A stretch of 64,000 nucleotides of DNA from assembly GCA_965113315.1 (NCBI GenBank), contig OZ220371.1; one strand, written 5' to 3'. The stretch's first letter is position 1; every line of letters begins with the position of its first letter. A program made the translations under genes and the position numbers. Positions 23,830 through 36,551 of the stretch are shown one piece after another. Source of the stretch: Podarcis vaucheri. Taxonomy: Eukaryota. The notes below the pieces were generated by a model. The model searched no databases, had not been told where the DNA came from, and saw nothing but the letters and a program-made list of their open reading frames with translations.

Positions 23830-24690
23830 GCTGTGGCGCCGACGTGCGCACGCCCCTTCCCTGCTCGCCTCCTTCCCGACGCCTCGAGCTCGGTGAGGGC
23901 GCGCGCGGCTGCAGAAGCATCTGCTGCTGCTAAGTGCCCAATTGCCGGCGCCTCGCTCGCTTTTTTGTTTAGCTTAGCAACGGGCGCTCCCGCCCTCCGT
24001 CGGCGGCACCAGCGAGCGAGGCAGGCCCCAGGCAGCCGCAAGACCAGGAGACTCTCCCGCCTTCTGACGGCGGAGTCTCGCGCCTCGTCGCTCGAGCGTG
24101 CGGCTGACTGAAAGAAGGCGCTCCTTCGCTCCCCGAGTCCCTGAGGGAAGCGGCGGCGGCGGCGCTCTCGCCGCTTGTGTCTGAGGTGACGCTGAGAAGC
24201 TCCTCGGGCCGGGCGGAGGCGGCACCATGAAGGTGGCGGTGCTCGACTTGGGCACCGTGTTTGCCAAACTCTTCAAGCCCTCTTCCTCCTCGTCTCCGCC
24301 TTACTCGCCAACCGCCGCCTCCTCTCCCAGCAGCGCGCCTCAGCCCAAGGCGCTGCTGCCCCTTCCTCCGCCTCCGCTGGGGTCTCTGCCCTCTCGCCCC
24401 GCAGGGGGCTCGTCTAGCATAGCGGCAGCCAGTCGAGGCGCTCCCGGCGGGGCGGCGGCGAAGTCCCCCGGAGGAAACAGCTCTCCGCGCGCGGCGGCGG
24501 CGCCGCCGTCCCTGCCGAGGGAGCCCGGGGCTTGGGCAGCGCCCGCGGGCAAGCAGCTGCTCTTCGTCACTCTGCCCGACATCGGCGAGGAGGGCGCGCC
24601 CGACGCCGACCCCCCAGAAGAGGCAGCGGAGCCCAGGCAAGTGGGAGTCGCGGGGACCCCGCCAGGTGGGGCGCCCTGGGAAATGCAGAC
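23830..24690. promoter_or_regulatory. CpG island, FAM149A promoter and first exon (CCAAT 23938-23942, RFX X-box-like 23967-23981)
   Basis: Abrupt GC- and CpG-dense stretch in a CpG-poor background that overlaps the start codon. Confidence 0.85.
24227..24636 (+). CDS. FAM149A: FAM149A coding exon 1 of 14 (410 nt; GC donor)
   Basis: Kozak GGCACCATGA. MKVAVLDLGTVFAKLF and LLFVTLPDIGEEG match the FAM149A long-isoform N-terminus. Donor AG|GCAAGT, phase 2, compatible with exon 2. Confidence 0.9.
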
Positions 24691-26042
24691 CCTTTTACCC
24701 TGCGGTAACATAATCTCCGGGTGGTTGCAGCTACTTGGCCAACTGGTTGCCTTCTCAAGGGAGGCATTTTCTCCTTAAGGGGCGAGGAGACACTAACTCC
24801 GCTTCCCTGCGTTTCTGATCAGGCACAGAAGGTGGTAACTTCATCATTTGAGAAGAGAATGCAGAGGCTGTATAGACCTTTTTATTTTGAGAGAGACAGC
24901 TTTGTATTTTTGGGGTGGTGAGGGATTTGCTTGCTTTGTTAATTGGAGAAAGGTTTTAAGTTATTTCTAAGACTGCAAATGCAAGATCTCATTTTTTTCT
25001 GGTGGTCCAGTTCATCTTGAATAAACCTCATACTCTAGTTCCCAACTTGCAGGATATTTTCCTACACAGTTCCTATGGATACTATTCTATGTTCATTTAC
25101 TTGGGAGTAAGGCCTATTTAACTCAGTGGAGCTTACTTACAAGTAAACGTGGAATTGATAGAGCTGTAAAAGAATGTGTTTTGTATGTTCCTGGTTTAGA
25201 GTTTTGAATTACTTTTATATATGATCAGTGCATTTAAGCTTCTTCCATTTACACATATAGACCCTACCTGCCAGTCATAGCTCTAAAGGTGCTCTACAAC
25301 ATACTTTAAGGCAATATGGTATAAAACAATTTCCAGTCTCTCCTGCCCTGTGTCCTGTATGAAAGCTTTTAATGTGGGAGAGAAATTCTGTGTGCTGTGA
25401 CCAACATATGAGCGCTAACTGCTCATGTGAAAACATTTCAGAGTTATTGGCTAGGCTATAAATTCAGAATAAAAACGGCTCTCATCCATTTTCTTTCTAC
25501 TGTTTTTAGCATTGACACGTGTGTATAGATAAAGGCAGTGAAGCTCAAAAGTACTTTTAATTTCATATCTGAAAATGCCCACAGTTACTAATGTCAATTT
25601 TCAACAGATTAAAAAAAAAAAACAGTCAATGAACCTTTTCTTAAATTAAAGAATGACCTGCTTCCATTTTGTATTGTTGCATCAATAGCTTCAAAAGTGA
25701 TACACTAGAGACGTTAAAACATTGCTTGTGAAATTGCTCTGGAGGTTGTGCCTGCGTACCCTCGCGTTTGTGTTTCAGGACCAATCTCCATAGAGCTATC
25801 ACTCTCCCGAGGCACTGTGACTCCTGATTGACATGTCATGGAGCAAATGGGAGAAACTTGTTGCCTTCATGTTCCATTACAGAGCTTCATAGAAGCCTAT
25901 GACAGGCCAGTGTCAGAAACAGAAGGTGTATCTAGGTGGGCCCTTTGCTCTGATCTAACAAGATGGTTATTGCGGTATTATGTTCCTCATATGAATTTGG
26001 AGGCACCCATTGTCACCAAAGGCACATGATGACTGTGGCCAA

Positions 26043-26450
26043 TAGGGCTGGGCAATATATCGATATATGGTCCAAAAAAGATTTGATGTCCATATCATGA
26101 TATCGGTTTCATATTTTTTGACCTGGAGATATAGCACAAATCATGGTATGTTTGTGTGTGTGCTATGCAAAAATCACAATGTGGGAAAAATCGTGAAGCC
26201 AGCCAATGCTGCTCTCGATTTTCAGCACCTGTTAACTCTGCTGGCTCAGCTCTCCCCTGCCTCCTGTAACGAGCAGCTAATCACAAGAGCAGGCACCAGT
26301 AAAAATCACAATGCAGGGGAAACTGTGAAGCCAGCCAATGCTGCTACATAGCTCTATTCTTATTTCAGACCTCATGATGTATCAGTATATCACTATGTTT
26401 AGCTGTTGATATACATCAAGATGCTGAAAACCAGATACCACCCAGCCCTA
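26043..26450. mobile_element. hAT-like MITE (TAGGGCTGGG TIR)
   Basis: TAGGGCTGGG...CCCAGCCCTA termini; degenerate TSD GTGGCCAA/GTGGCTGG; internal direct repeat AAAAATCACAATG...GAAGCCAGCCAATGCTGCT. Confidence 0.75.
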
Positions 26451-26458
26451 GTGGCTGG

Positions 26459-27187
26459 TGCAAGGGAGGCTGAAAGTATGGACACAAGAGACTGATATTG
26501 GGTTCAATTAGGCTGCAACTTTATTGATTATGCGAAATAGTAGGTTTGGCTAAGGCATTGGGCATGTATCCAGCATCAGGCAGCTTAGGAGCCCCATGAG
26601 GAGTCACCCCCAACATGGATTTGGTGTCTCAAACCTGCATAGGCCACCATTGGGAGAGGTGCATTGGCCCATTGGTCTCCCTGTGGCTTCCCAGACAGCC
26701 GCCCCTCCAGGACCCCTCTAACAGGCTATTTATCCTTTAAAGTTGTGACAGTTGCTATGAAGTAGGTGAAAACCTGCAAGCCAGCCAATTTGCTTGCAGG
26801 AGAGAATTTCTCCCTGGCCACAAATATGGCATCCGAGTAAACCATAGCAAGGTCCATATGCAACTCACCCACTCCTCCACTGGGCGGGCCCCTAACAGAC
26901 TGGGTGGGTGGATGAATAAGAAAATCCTTTAACGGTCAAACAAGAGGGCAGCCTGCGCTTGGCTGCTCCCTTAAATAAGCCGGGGCAGGCTGAGCACAGC
27001 TCTCATGCCCCAGCTCCCAATTAGCTTTGTGGGTGCTGCCTGCCCATACTTGAAAGGTCCATTGTGGCCAGAGAGGGTGGTGTCAGGTCGCCATCCCATC
27101 CCCTGGCCATGCGGGAGGATGATGGGCTCCCCAGATGAGCCTCAGCCATGCCGTACGGCAAATGCCCTCCACTCGGAGCCCTGGAAA
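26459..27187 (-). mobile_element. Unclassified LTR-like, GC-richer repeat
   Basis: Compositional shift; minus-strand AATAAA near 26520 and TATA-like TATTTAA near 26975. Termini and TSD are not resolved. Confidence 0.35.
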
Positions 27188-29364
27188 TAGATCTTTGCAG
27201 ATTTATATAATCTATAAATATATCTAGCAAGTGTTAACAGCTACAACACTAATTAACATTAAAAGTTGGGTCTCCTGATGACAACTATACATGTTTTACC
27301 ATACATTTGCTAAGGTGTATTTAACATCTCCAGACATGCTTCTCTTGATGCTGAGTTTCTTTGCATATGTTTAATAGCAAACCAAATATTTTATTCATAT
27401 TAGGAAGGTATGTGGTGAACCTGCATTGTCTGCCTTTTAGAAAAGAAAAAGATACATAAGAGGGAATAAGATATGCCTCTTAGAAGAGGAAAGGCTATAC
27501 CTTCACATTAGCATTTTTTTAATTAGACATTTCCACTTAAGCTTTTAGAAGAAACACCCTAATAAAATATTGATCATTGCAGCCTCCTTACCCTGAGTTC
27601 CAATTCAAGTTTACCTAGACTCCAGAATATGCTATTTATTTCAATTGTTATTCAGCCATGTGTGAAATGCATTGCCTCATGAGAACATAAGAGAAGCACG
27701 GCTGGATCAGGCCAAATGTCCATCTGGTCAGCACCCAGGCCTTACCGCAGCCAAGAGTCGCCGATGAGAAGTCCACATGCAGGGCTTGGGTTTTCTGGTT
27801 AAGAAAACATCTGGAAAGGCCTTTTGCAATTTACTGAAGCTGAAAAAATAATGTAGCTTGTCAATAGGCACTTCAATTCAAATTTAAGATATATTGTAAT
27901 TAACCATAAATTCACACAAAAGTTTTGAGAGTATATTGCCAGTTAGTTTCATTTGAATTCGATTTTTTTCAATTACTTGTGGAAATGTGTTTGCCATATG
28001 CCCAGATTGATTCCTGGTGTGTCATTGGCCAAATAGAAAATTCTAATTGCTGGTGTTAATGTATGCAGGTGATCTTGGAGCATGAACCCATTTGCTTGCC
28101 CAGTCACCGTAGGTAAGTTCAAGATGCAGAAGTAGTTAACCTAGTTTGAAAATACATGTGAAAGCCATCTTGTGAATTAATTCTAAATAGCTATTGGAGG
28201 CATTGGGCCAGTTCATGCTTGCACATTCATCATCTGAAATCTCAAGGCATCAAGTGATGACTTGTATGTATAAATGACCCTACACAGGTCAAATGCCATA
28301 GGTAGAATTTCCATCTTGTGTCACCTCAGATTTAGTGTTTCAGAGTGGAGCCAGTTCAGACAGTCAGTCATCATCAAGGGATCTGCATGCACTTGTGAAC
28401 TAGGCCATTAGATGCAGGTGCCTGGTGCAGGGGAAAATAAAACTTCATGTTCGCCAGATTTATAGGTTGATCACAGACTGCTGCTATCCAATATGTACAA
28501 ATTTCCAATATGGATGACCTTATTGGTGAACAAATTCACAGTTTCATCATATGCATGGAAGGCCTTGTGAAAGAGCACGGAAAACACTGCTGACAAAAGC
28601 TATTTTGCAGTAGTTATGGAGTAATGTATTTAAAATTAAATGTTTATAGGAAAGTGGAATATAAAGTAAAAATTTAAAACAAAGACCACTAGACATGCCG
28701 CATGTTTGGTTTTGATGAGTGAAAGTCAGTTGCAAGCAAATGTTGTGAGCATCATGGGAATAGCTGATGCGATTACAATGTGCTTGTGTGCATGCATTTT
28801 TTCCGGTAATGTTACTCCTGAGGTTTCGTTCCTCTATTCAACAGACATGTTTTGCACAGCTTTTCTGCTTTCAATTGTAAATGCTCCCTGGTAATGAACA
28901 AAACAGCTCTGCCTTGTTGATTTGGTTGCTAACAGGGATTCACAGATTTTGGCATGGTTTATTCATTGCCAGCCCTTGTTTGTGGTTGCTATTGACCCAT
29001 TCTTCTGAGTCCTCCTGAAGGGTGTGTGATTTATCTCCTTATGCTGAGATTTTGCAGATGTCAGCAAGGTAAGATTCTGTCTTCCAAAAAGACCCAGTGA
29101 TAACAGAAAAACACCCTTCCCCAAGTTCTCTGAATTACAGATAAGAGGGAGGAGGGGTAATTCCGTTCTTCCCCTGGTTGTTGAAGACGACATGGCAAAC
29201 ATCTCTCCTACATCCCTAGGCCACAAAGAACTCAGAATCTTTGTGCTGGTCAGGACTAAGGGTAGTTGCCAGAGAGAGGAAAGGGCACTGATGCATTTCT
29301 GGAGTCTGGTCACTAAGAGTCATGCATAGCTTAGTAATGAGCACTGGGTTGTATACAACTAAGT

Positions 29365-29667
29365 CAGGGGTCTGCAACCCACGGCTCTGGAGCCGCATGT
29401 GGCTCTTTTACGTCTTTGCTGCGGCTCCGGGGCAGATACTAGCGAGGGGAGGAGGCGCATTGTGTGCCCCAACACTCCTCACTGTGGCGGGTGCTGTACT
29501 GGCTGTCACGCACCGTCCCGACGTCACCTTCCCGCCCGCTGTCAGATCGTGGCTCCGGAGATATATTTGTTTTAAATGTCGCAATGGTTTTGCGGCTCCC
29601 AGTTCTTGTTTTTTCTTTGGAAATGGGTCCAAGTGGCTCTTTTTGTCTTAAAGGTTGCAGACCCCTG
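29365..29667. mobile_element. hAT (Charlie-like) MITE, young
   Basis: Perfect TIR CAGGGGTCTGCAACC / GGTTGCAGACCCCTG; perfect 8-bp TSD AACTAAGT; CpGs retained. Confidence 0.93.
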
Positions 29668-29711
29668 AACTAAGTTATACTCAAGAGTATATTAAAACCA
29701 CTGCTTCTTTT

Positions 29712-29790
29712 TGGTCCAGCTCTCACTTCCATACATCACTACTGGGAAAACCATAGCTTTCACTATATGGACCTTTGTTGGCAACCTGTC
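29712..29790 (-). mobile_element. RTE-BovB internal fragment
   Basis: The reverse strand encodes VANKGPYSESYGFPSSDVWK, a shifted-frame read of a BovB-like TKVHIVKAMVFPVVMYGSESW segment. Confidence 0.6.
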
Positions 29791-31432
29791 TCATATATAA
29801 AGCTCTATGTCCCGAGGAGGATGGTTTTGTAGCTTCCCGTTGCTCTGTCCCTTCCATTAACATCAATACATCTAGATGGGCGGGGTATAAATTAATAATA
29901 ATAATAATAATTCTACTCTGAGGGGGGCTAGCACTGAATGAAACCTTTTGTTCAGAAACAAAAACAACACAATGTTCCAAAATATTGCTTCCAAAATATA
30001 GGCGAAAGCCACATCCTCTTGACAGCAGCAAGAAGATTTAAAATGTATTCTTCTTTTATGAATGATTATAGAGGAGGAGGAAGTGGTGGTGAGATGTACT
30101 TGTGCTATTTTGCAAGGGCAGCTTAGAATTCATTGGAAACTGAATAATAAATCCACTTGAGAAAACTCAGCAAGGCCTTTCATTATATCTGCATTATTAC
30201 AAGAGTGAGTAGCAGATGCATCAGACTCCTCTGTTGAAGTCTCATGTCTAGCAACCACTTTAATTGTACTTCAAGGTTCTTATGAGGATGAGCACAATAT
30301 CGGCTGCTTCTATGTTAGGCAGTTAGCCTGGAATAGACAAAATTTGTTCATTCAGGTTTCACAGAGCATCCAGATGATATTGATGCCAACTCATTGTATC
30401 CAGCAATTTTTGTGGTGTCTCCTGTTTTTCCCCTGACCTGATTTCTGGCATTAATAAAACAAAATAAAACATAACAGCAGTGTCAGTATTCCAGTATGGA
30501 TTAACAGTATGGTAGATACTCTTTAGAACTTCTGGTAATAACTTCCTCCTTGCCTTTTCTCTCAAAGTAGCTCCAGAATCCCTACATCTCTACATTAGAT
30601 GTAAGGTGACATAGTTGGACCATAAATAAACAGTTTTAAACCATAAACAGTTTTAGAAAGATCATCAGCAAACGACATCCCTACTAACACATTTCCAATA
30701 AACTTCTTCCAAGGGAAAGCACATATTTCATAAAACAAGTCCATGATAAATATCATGGCCAAGCCAAGCGTATAAAACTTGTTACTCTGACCAAAATTTA
30801 CAAGTGCTTAAGAGGGCATTGCTTTGAACCACATAGCTAAAAAGTTGTGTTTGGGGAGAAGACAGTATCACATCAAGGAGATAGAACTCTCAAATGCAAT
30901 TTTAAAATAATGAAGAAAAAGGGTGGTACATTTTTAACCAGTTACATCAGTTAGATTTCATTCAAATGGCACTATAGCAAAAGGATCCTGCTTCTAATTC
31001 CAGCCCACCTTACTTCACATAATGGAGGGATCGATGTTTACAAGGTCTTATATAATATAACCAGTAATATGATGGAGAGATTATTGCTATCTGCAGCTTG
31101 TGCCTTGTTATAAGATTGTATTCTTACCATTCTTAGAGGCACATGGACCATTTCCAAGATTTTTATTCAACCTTCCATCCCTTCTGTTTCAGGGACACTT
31201 GATCTTGTTATAGTAAATGCTTCCTATCTGATCCCAAAGAAATAAAACACCTCTACCAAGACACTAATTAGTCTCCTTTTTGTGACAGTTAATTAAGCTG
31301 ATTGCATTTTTCTTGACTTATAAATTATTTATATACAAAATACATTGCAGTCATTTCCCCCCATTGACACTATTCTTTCTTAATACATATGCTGCTGTCA
31401 GAACTGAAGTATAGCTAATAATAATTAACTTT

Positions 31433-31815
31433 TGTTATGAGTTTGAGGTGCAGGAAAGTAGGCTAACCCTTGGAACCTGCAAGTGTAAAAATATAAGCCA
31501 GGCTACCTTCCTGTTGAGGTGATCACCTGAGTGATGGGCCATTAGGGAGGAACAAAGGAAGTGGATCTGGGTGAGGCAGCCCCTCCATCAACTCAGATAG
31601 TTAGTTGGAAGGACAAGGCCTGTTATGTGAGCCAAAAGCTAGAAGAACTGCAAGCTGGAAAGATAAAGAGTATGTTTGATTTCTGTTGGAATCCAAAGTG
31701 GTGGCTATGGGAGAACTATGATTATCTTTGGGTAATGCTTTGAACCCATCCACATTGCAGTAGCATAATTTAGCATCTCAGCTGAGGGGGGAATGAGGAG
31801 CAGGTGTGAGCAACA
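31433..31815 (+). mobile_element. Degenerate solo-LTR-like repeat, related to 45566-46190
   Basis: TGTTA start and CAACA end; shares GTGAT..CCTG.GTGATGGGCCATTA.GG.A and GGCTA.CTTC.TGTTGA with 45660-45710. Confidence 0.45.
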
Positions 31816-31850
31816 CACAAGCATCTGCTTTGCTGCTAATTAATGCCCTT

Positions 31851-32030
31851 ATGTTGGGAACGATTGAGGGCACAAGGAGAAGGGGACAACAGAGGACGAG
31901 ATGGTTGGACAGTGCCCTCGAAGCTACTAACATGAGTTTGACATAACTGCGGGAGGCAGTGAAGACAGGAGTGCCTGGTGTGCTCTGGTCCATGGGGTCA
32001 CGAAGAGTCGGACACGACTAAACAACAACA
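31851..32030 (+). mobile_element. RTE-BovB LINE 3' end
   Basis: Encodes MLGTIEGTRRRGQQRTRWLD; ends GTCCATGGGGTCACGAAGAGTCGGACACGACT plus a (AAC)n tail. Confidence 0.88.
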
Positions 32031-32203
32031 AATGCTGAGGAACTCTGAAGGCAGCAACAGAAGATCTGGAGTAAATGGGAAGAAGGCTCCCCACCACAAA
32101 CTAGAATGGTGTGCTGGTCCTTCTACTCCATTAAGTCAGTGACGAGGGGTTGGATTGCACACGAGTTCTGTTGGATGTGCTAATTGATAAAAGTTTGAGA
32201 TAG

Positions 32204-32718
32204 AGGTATTTTTCGCTCTATAAGACACACCTTTTCCCTCCTAAAAAGTAAGGGGAACTGTGTGTGCGCCTTATAGAGTGAATTCAGGCTGCGCAGCTAA
32301 GCCAGAAGCCAGAACAGTGAGAGGGATTGCTGCGCGGCTCTTCCTCTTGCTGTTCTAGCTTCTGGCTTAGCTGCGCGAAGCCTCTTCAGGGCATAGGGAG
32401 TCTTCATCCCACTGCCCTGAGGAGTGCACGGCTCTTGCTGGCTTTTGTGGGAGCCTCTTCCCCCACCTCATGGAAAAGCCCCCAAGAGCCTTGCTCCCTT
32501 TAAAGAGCTGTGCGGAGCATGTGTGCGGCTCTTGGGGGCTTTTCTCTGAGGAGAAGGGCAGTCCGTCAGTGACACACGCTCCATGCTACTCATGAAAGGG
32601 AGCGCTGAGCAGAGCCTGGGATGCAGACAGGCTCTGCTCAGCGCTCCCTTTAAAGAATATTTTTTTCTTGCATTCCCCCTCTAAAAACTAGGTTCATCTT
32701 ATGGAGCGAAAAATACGG
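32204..32718 (+). mobile_element. Tc1/mariner MITE, family B
   Basis: GTATTTTTCGCTCTATAAGAC...GAGCGAAAAATACGG-TA; same orientation as 14478. Confidence 0.85.
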
Positions 32719-34051
32719 TACTTGATTCTACAGCTGGGTTTTATTTTAATTTGGGAAATAGCTACATGAACTTAAAAATATATTTTAATGACTGATTTAT
32801 TTGCATGGTAATGGGTTAGATGAACCTAGTCCTAGAACTGATTGAAGCAACATGTTGGAAGTAAAAATTAAAACATGAATGCCATGCAAATACTTGAATG
32901 ACTTGTTTCGACCTGAAGGAATCTATCTACATAATTAATGAATATTTATATTGCTTATGAATTCTGGATTTGATTTAGTGGCTTATGATTACTTTTTTTA
33001 AAAATGTATGATATTTATCTGATGAACTTGAATTTGATTGTAGTAGCATAACTGGATTAAAATCTATAGAATGAATTAAGAATTTGCATATAGTATATGC
33101 TAGGTTGGTTTTGTTTAAGTACAAAGGCATCTGGAATTGTGTAATATAAAGGTGTAATTGCATGACTGCATGCTGGGAGAGGGGTTGGGAGTGGGGAGAG
33201 ATATTACCCTAGGAAGAGAGACAAGAAAGAAAGGTGACCGGAACCCTCTCTATAGGTTCCTTATTTGACAGATTGCTTGAATGTCTAAATTGCCCATAAT
33301 ATGTGAAAGGTTAACAAATAAGAGACAAGGTATGCTCATTTCAATGAAACAGGACAAGGGAAGAAAACTAGAATTACTATAGTGTAAACAATCTAATTAA
33401 TGGTGACATCTAGTGGTGATGTGTAAACTCATCATGGCTGCCGAAAACAAAACGTATTTTCAAGGCATGATGGCATGGTTTGGATGCGCATATGTCAGGC
33501 ATTTATAGTTTAGTTTGAGTATAGTTTAACTGTAGTTTCCCTTTTTTAGCTCAACCTGGAAACTTTGCTGGAGCAAGCCAAGATCTTAAACCAGTCTGAA
33601 GTTTCCTCATTGCTTGTTACAAACTTGATAACATTCCATTTCTTGGTACAGATGTACTGGGAAACAGTGGTTAATGGAATACCTCCTGGAGTATTATTGC
33701 AGGGCTGGGGGAAAGGAATGGCACAAGGGTGGAACACATGGGCACAAGTAGGCTGAACAAACTCTGCAGTAGAGTTAAACTGTCCTCTGCTGAAGAAATA
33801 GAAAATATAACAGCATCACTCCTCATGAAATGAGCACCAGCAGGCAAGCCAAGTAATAGATTTTTTTTTAATTGTTTCTAGCTTTGGGGCATCAAGTAAC
33901 ATTCTCAATTTCATTCTAATAAAAGAGCTAAGATTGGACCTAATTCTTCAGGGGTGATAGTACTACTTGGATGTGCTGCTAACATTTATTCTATCGTGAA
34001 ACTAATGGAATGATGTAAACAATGCATGATGTTGAAGTGCTGTGATTATAA

Positions 34052-34221
34052 AAAGGTAGAAGACCCCTGACAGTTAAGTCCAGTCGTGAAAAACTCTGGG
34101 ATTGCGGCGCTCATCTCGTTTTACTGGCCGAAGGAGCCGATGTTTGTCCACAGAAAGTTTTTCCGGGTCATGTGGCCAGCATGACTAAGCCACTTCTGGC
34201 GAAACCAGAGCAGCGCACGGA
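34052..34221 (-). mobile_element. Sauria SINE, 3' part
   Basis: AAAGGTA...TTCCGGGTCATGTGGCCAGC.TGAC, as in 44700-44870. Confidence 0.8.
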
Positions 34222-34493
34222 TTACAGCTGCTTTCAAAAATGAATAAATTTAAATGCAGTGGCGGGTGGTGGTGGTGGTGGTAAGACTGCCAGTTTTTTT
34301 CGTGTAGCAGCAGAGGGGTGGAGTATTTAATCTTTTCTCCACTATGCCATTTTGCCAATCAAAAATTGTCCTCTTCATGTAACCTGCACCGCAGGAGCAA
34401 AATAGAGTTAGATGTGTTTTTCCTTTCATGTGGCAAATAAAAGTCAGAGGAAAATTTTTGAGTATATTCACATGCCCCTAGCATCACCAACTA

Positions 34494-34981
34494 CCGTATT
34501 TTTCGATCTATAAGACACACCAGACCATAAGTCGCACCTAGTTTTTGGAAGAGGAAAACAAGAAAAAAATATATTCTGAATCCCAGAAGCCAGGACAGCA
34601 AGCAGGACCACTGCCCATCGATCCCATTGGCTGTCCTGGCTTATGGGATAGCCGCACGCAGCCTTTCCCGGGCAAGGGGAGCCTTCATCCCCTGCCCGGG
34701 AGAGGCTGTGCTCAGCTAAGGCTCCCCCAAGAGCCGCGCTCCCTTTAAAGAGCGTGCGGAGTGTGTGTGAGGCTCTTGGGGGATTTTCCCTGAGAAGGGA
34801 GAAGGGCAGCCCTTCTCCCTCCTGGGGGAAAAGCCCCAAAGAGCCAGACACACACTCCACACGCTCTTTAAAGGGAGTGCTGAGCAGAGCCTCCCGCCTG
34901 CATTTGCTCCATAAGATGCACACACAGTTCCCCTTACTTTTTAGGAGGGGAAAAGTATGTCTTATAGAGTGAAAAATACGG
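34494..34981 (-). mobile_element. Tc1/mariner MITE, family B (inverted relative to 32204)
   Basis: CCGTATTTTTC TIRs and TA TSD; subterminal blocks are reverse complements of those of 32204-32718. Confidence 0.88.
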
Positions 34982-35713
34982 TACATGGGCCCCTGCAGAG
35001 GTAGCATTCTTTTATACATCTAGAACTCTCTTTTTGATAATACTATCATTTGCCCTTAGAGTAGCCTAGAATAAGGTTCCCCAGTTGTCCACTGTGATCT
35101 TCCACATTTGTAAAAATAGTACTGGTATATAATTCCGTCAGTTGCAAGCAAACTCTGCGTATGGTGCCTCCAGACTGTCAGTATTTTGTGGGAGGGATTC
35201 AAGAGCATAACAGAACTTGAGGATTGTGCATTTAAAGTGCATCAAATAGCTGTTGCCCTAGTGCAGGGGTTCCTAAATTGTGGTCTAAATTTCATTCAGG
35301 TTGTCCACAACATTTCTGTGGATTGTGATAATACATTGAAAATAGGGTATGTATTAATAAGCACATTAACCTTTTCAGACTGTGATTAGGGAATACTGTA
35401 CATGAATGTACTAATTATACATGTTTTGATCTCAGGCAAATGCCCATTTTAGGCCCCAGTGATGTGCATCTAAGCTGTAACATCTTAACATCTAAACTGT
35501 AACTTCTACCTGCCCTACCTCTCTCCTACCTGCAAGGAATGGAAATATATATGAACTGCACAATTTTGAAAAGAACCAAATCTCCCCATTTCTGTATTTT
35601 CTGATGTGTATGACTGTTTGGATGGAAATCTGGCACAGGACTTTATAAACCCTTCCCTCAGTTCCAATGAAGGGCTGCAGGAAGATGCATCATGAATCTC
35701 CAACGCCCCTCCC

Positions 35714-35717
<4 letters not shown>

Positions 35718-35770
<53 letters not shown>
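35718..35770. repeat. (CT)n microsatellite
   Basis: Direct inspection. Confidence 0.95.
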
Positions 35771-35772
<2 letters not shown>

Positions 35773-36279
35773 GCATGCCATGGTCCAGAACCTGTCACAA
35801 TATTTTGGATGATCAGAAAGGAATGAACACCAGGGGAAATTGCGTAATGCTAAATAACGGTATAATGCTAAATAACGTTTTGCTGCCTTTGTTTACTCAA
35901 GCTGCTTGCTGACAGACTCAGGATATGATTCCAGCTAGACAGTAGTAGATGATATCCATGTCCTTTCAGCGTCAGACAAATGCATTGTGAATCAACACTG
36001 TGACAGAAGTACATTATTGTGCAAGTCAGACACACCCTTTCAGATTGCAGACGCTGTAGCAAAAACGTAACTGGTAGATTTTGCTTGTCTGTACATTATT
36101 GCACTCCCCCTTCCCCTTCAATGCAGCTGTTTTGGAATGCTGTTCTCCACAAGATGCGTTTATATCTGGGAAGCGCAGCCCTTTGAAAAGCACTAGGAAC
36201 AGAGCATGAGGCAGAAGCAAAGCTGGAACAGCCTCTGGGAGCAGCTTAGTACTGCAAGACCTCCCTTCTTTCTCCTCCC

Positions 36280-36283
<4 letters not shown>

Positions 36284-36325
<42 letters not shown>
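36284..36325. repeat. (CA)n microsatellite
   Basis: Direct inspection. Confidence 0.95.
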
Positions 36326-36328
<3 letters not shown>

Positions 36329-36450
36329 CTCCTAGAGGGAGATGGAGGACAATGTGCTGAAATGAAACGACACTGTGTGTTTGTGAAAGGGAGCGAGCAG
36401 AGCTTGTTGAGGAGGGAGGGACAGAGAGCCTTCTCCGGCTGTGCTTTTTC

Positions 36451-36551
36451 ATGCGCTTTGTTAGCGGGGTACGTTGCCCCTGCCATTTGTCTGTGGCTTC
36501 CAACCCTCAGCAACGTGAGCAACAACCGGAGCCAGAGCTGGTTATTATAGG
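36451..36551 (+). CDS. FAM149A: Candidate alternative first coding exon of FAM149A (MRFVSGVRCPCHLSVASNPQQREQQPEPELVII-G)
   Basis: ATG at 36451, open for 101 nt to a strong donor GG|GTAAGT at 36552. Phase 2, in frame with exon 2. Local CpG enrichment. Confidence 0.45.

Noticed and set aside
23657-24767. Several long minus-strand ORFs (e.g. 23969-24640, 223 aa) over the CpG island
   Set aside because: Stop-poor GC-rich sequence antisense to FAM149A exon 1; low-complexity R/G/A translation with no domain signal.
24637-24778. Continuation of ORF 24227-24778 beyond EAAEPR
   Set aside because: Intronic read-through past the GC donor; FAM149A similarity resumes at 38860.
28063-28118. Possible extra FAM149A exon (ATGCAGGTG...CGTAG|GTAAGT, phase 2)
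   Set aside because: Perfect donor, but weak acceptor and promoter context and no recognisable homology; one such match is plausible by chance in a 14-kb intron.
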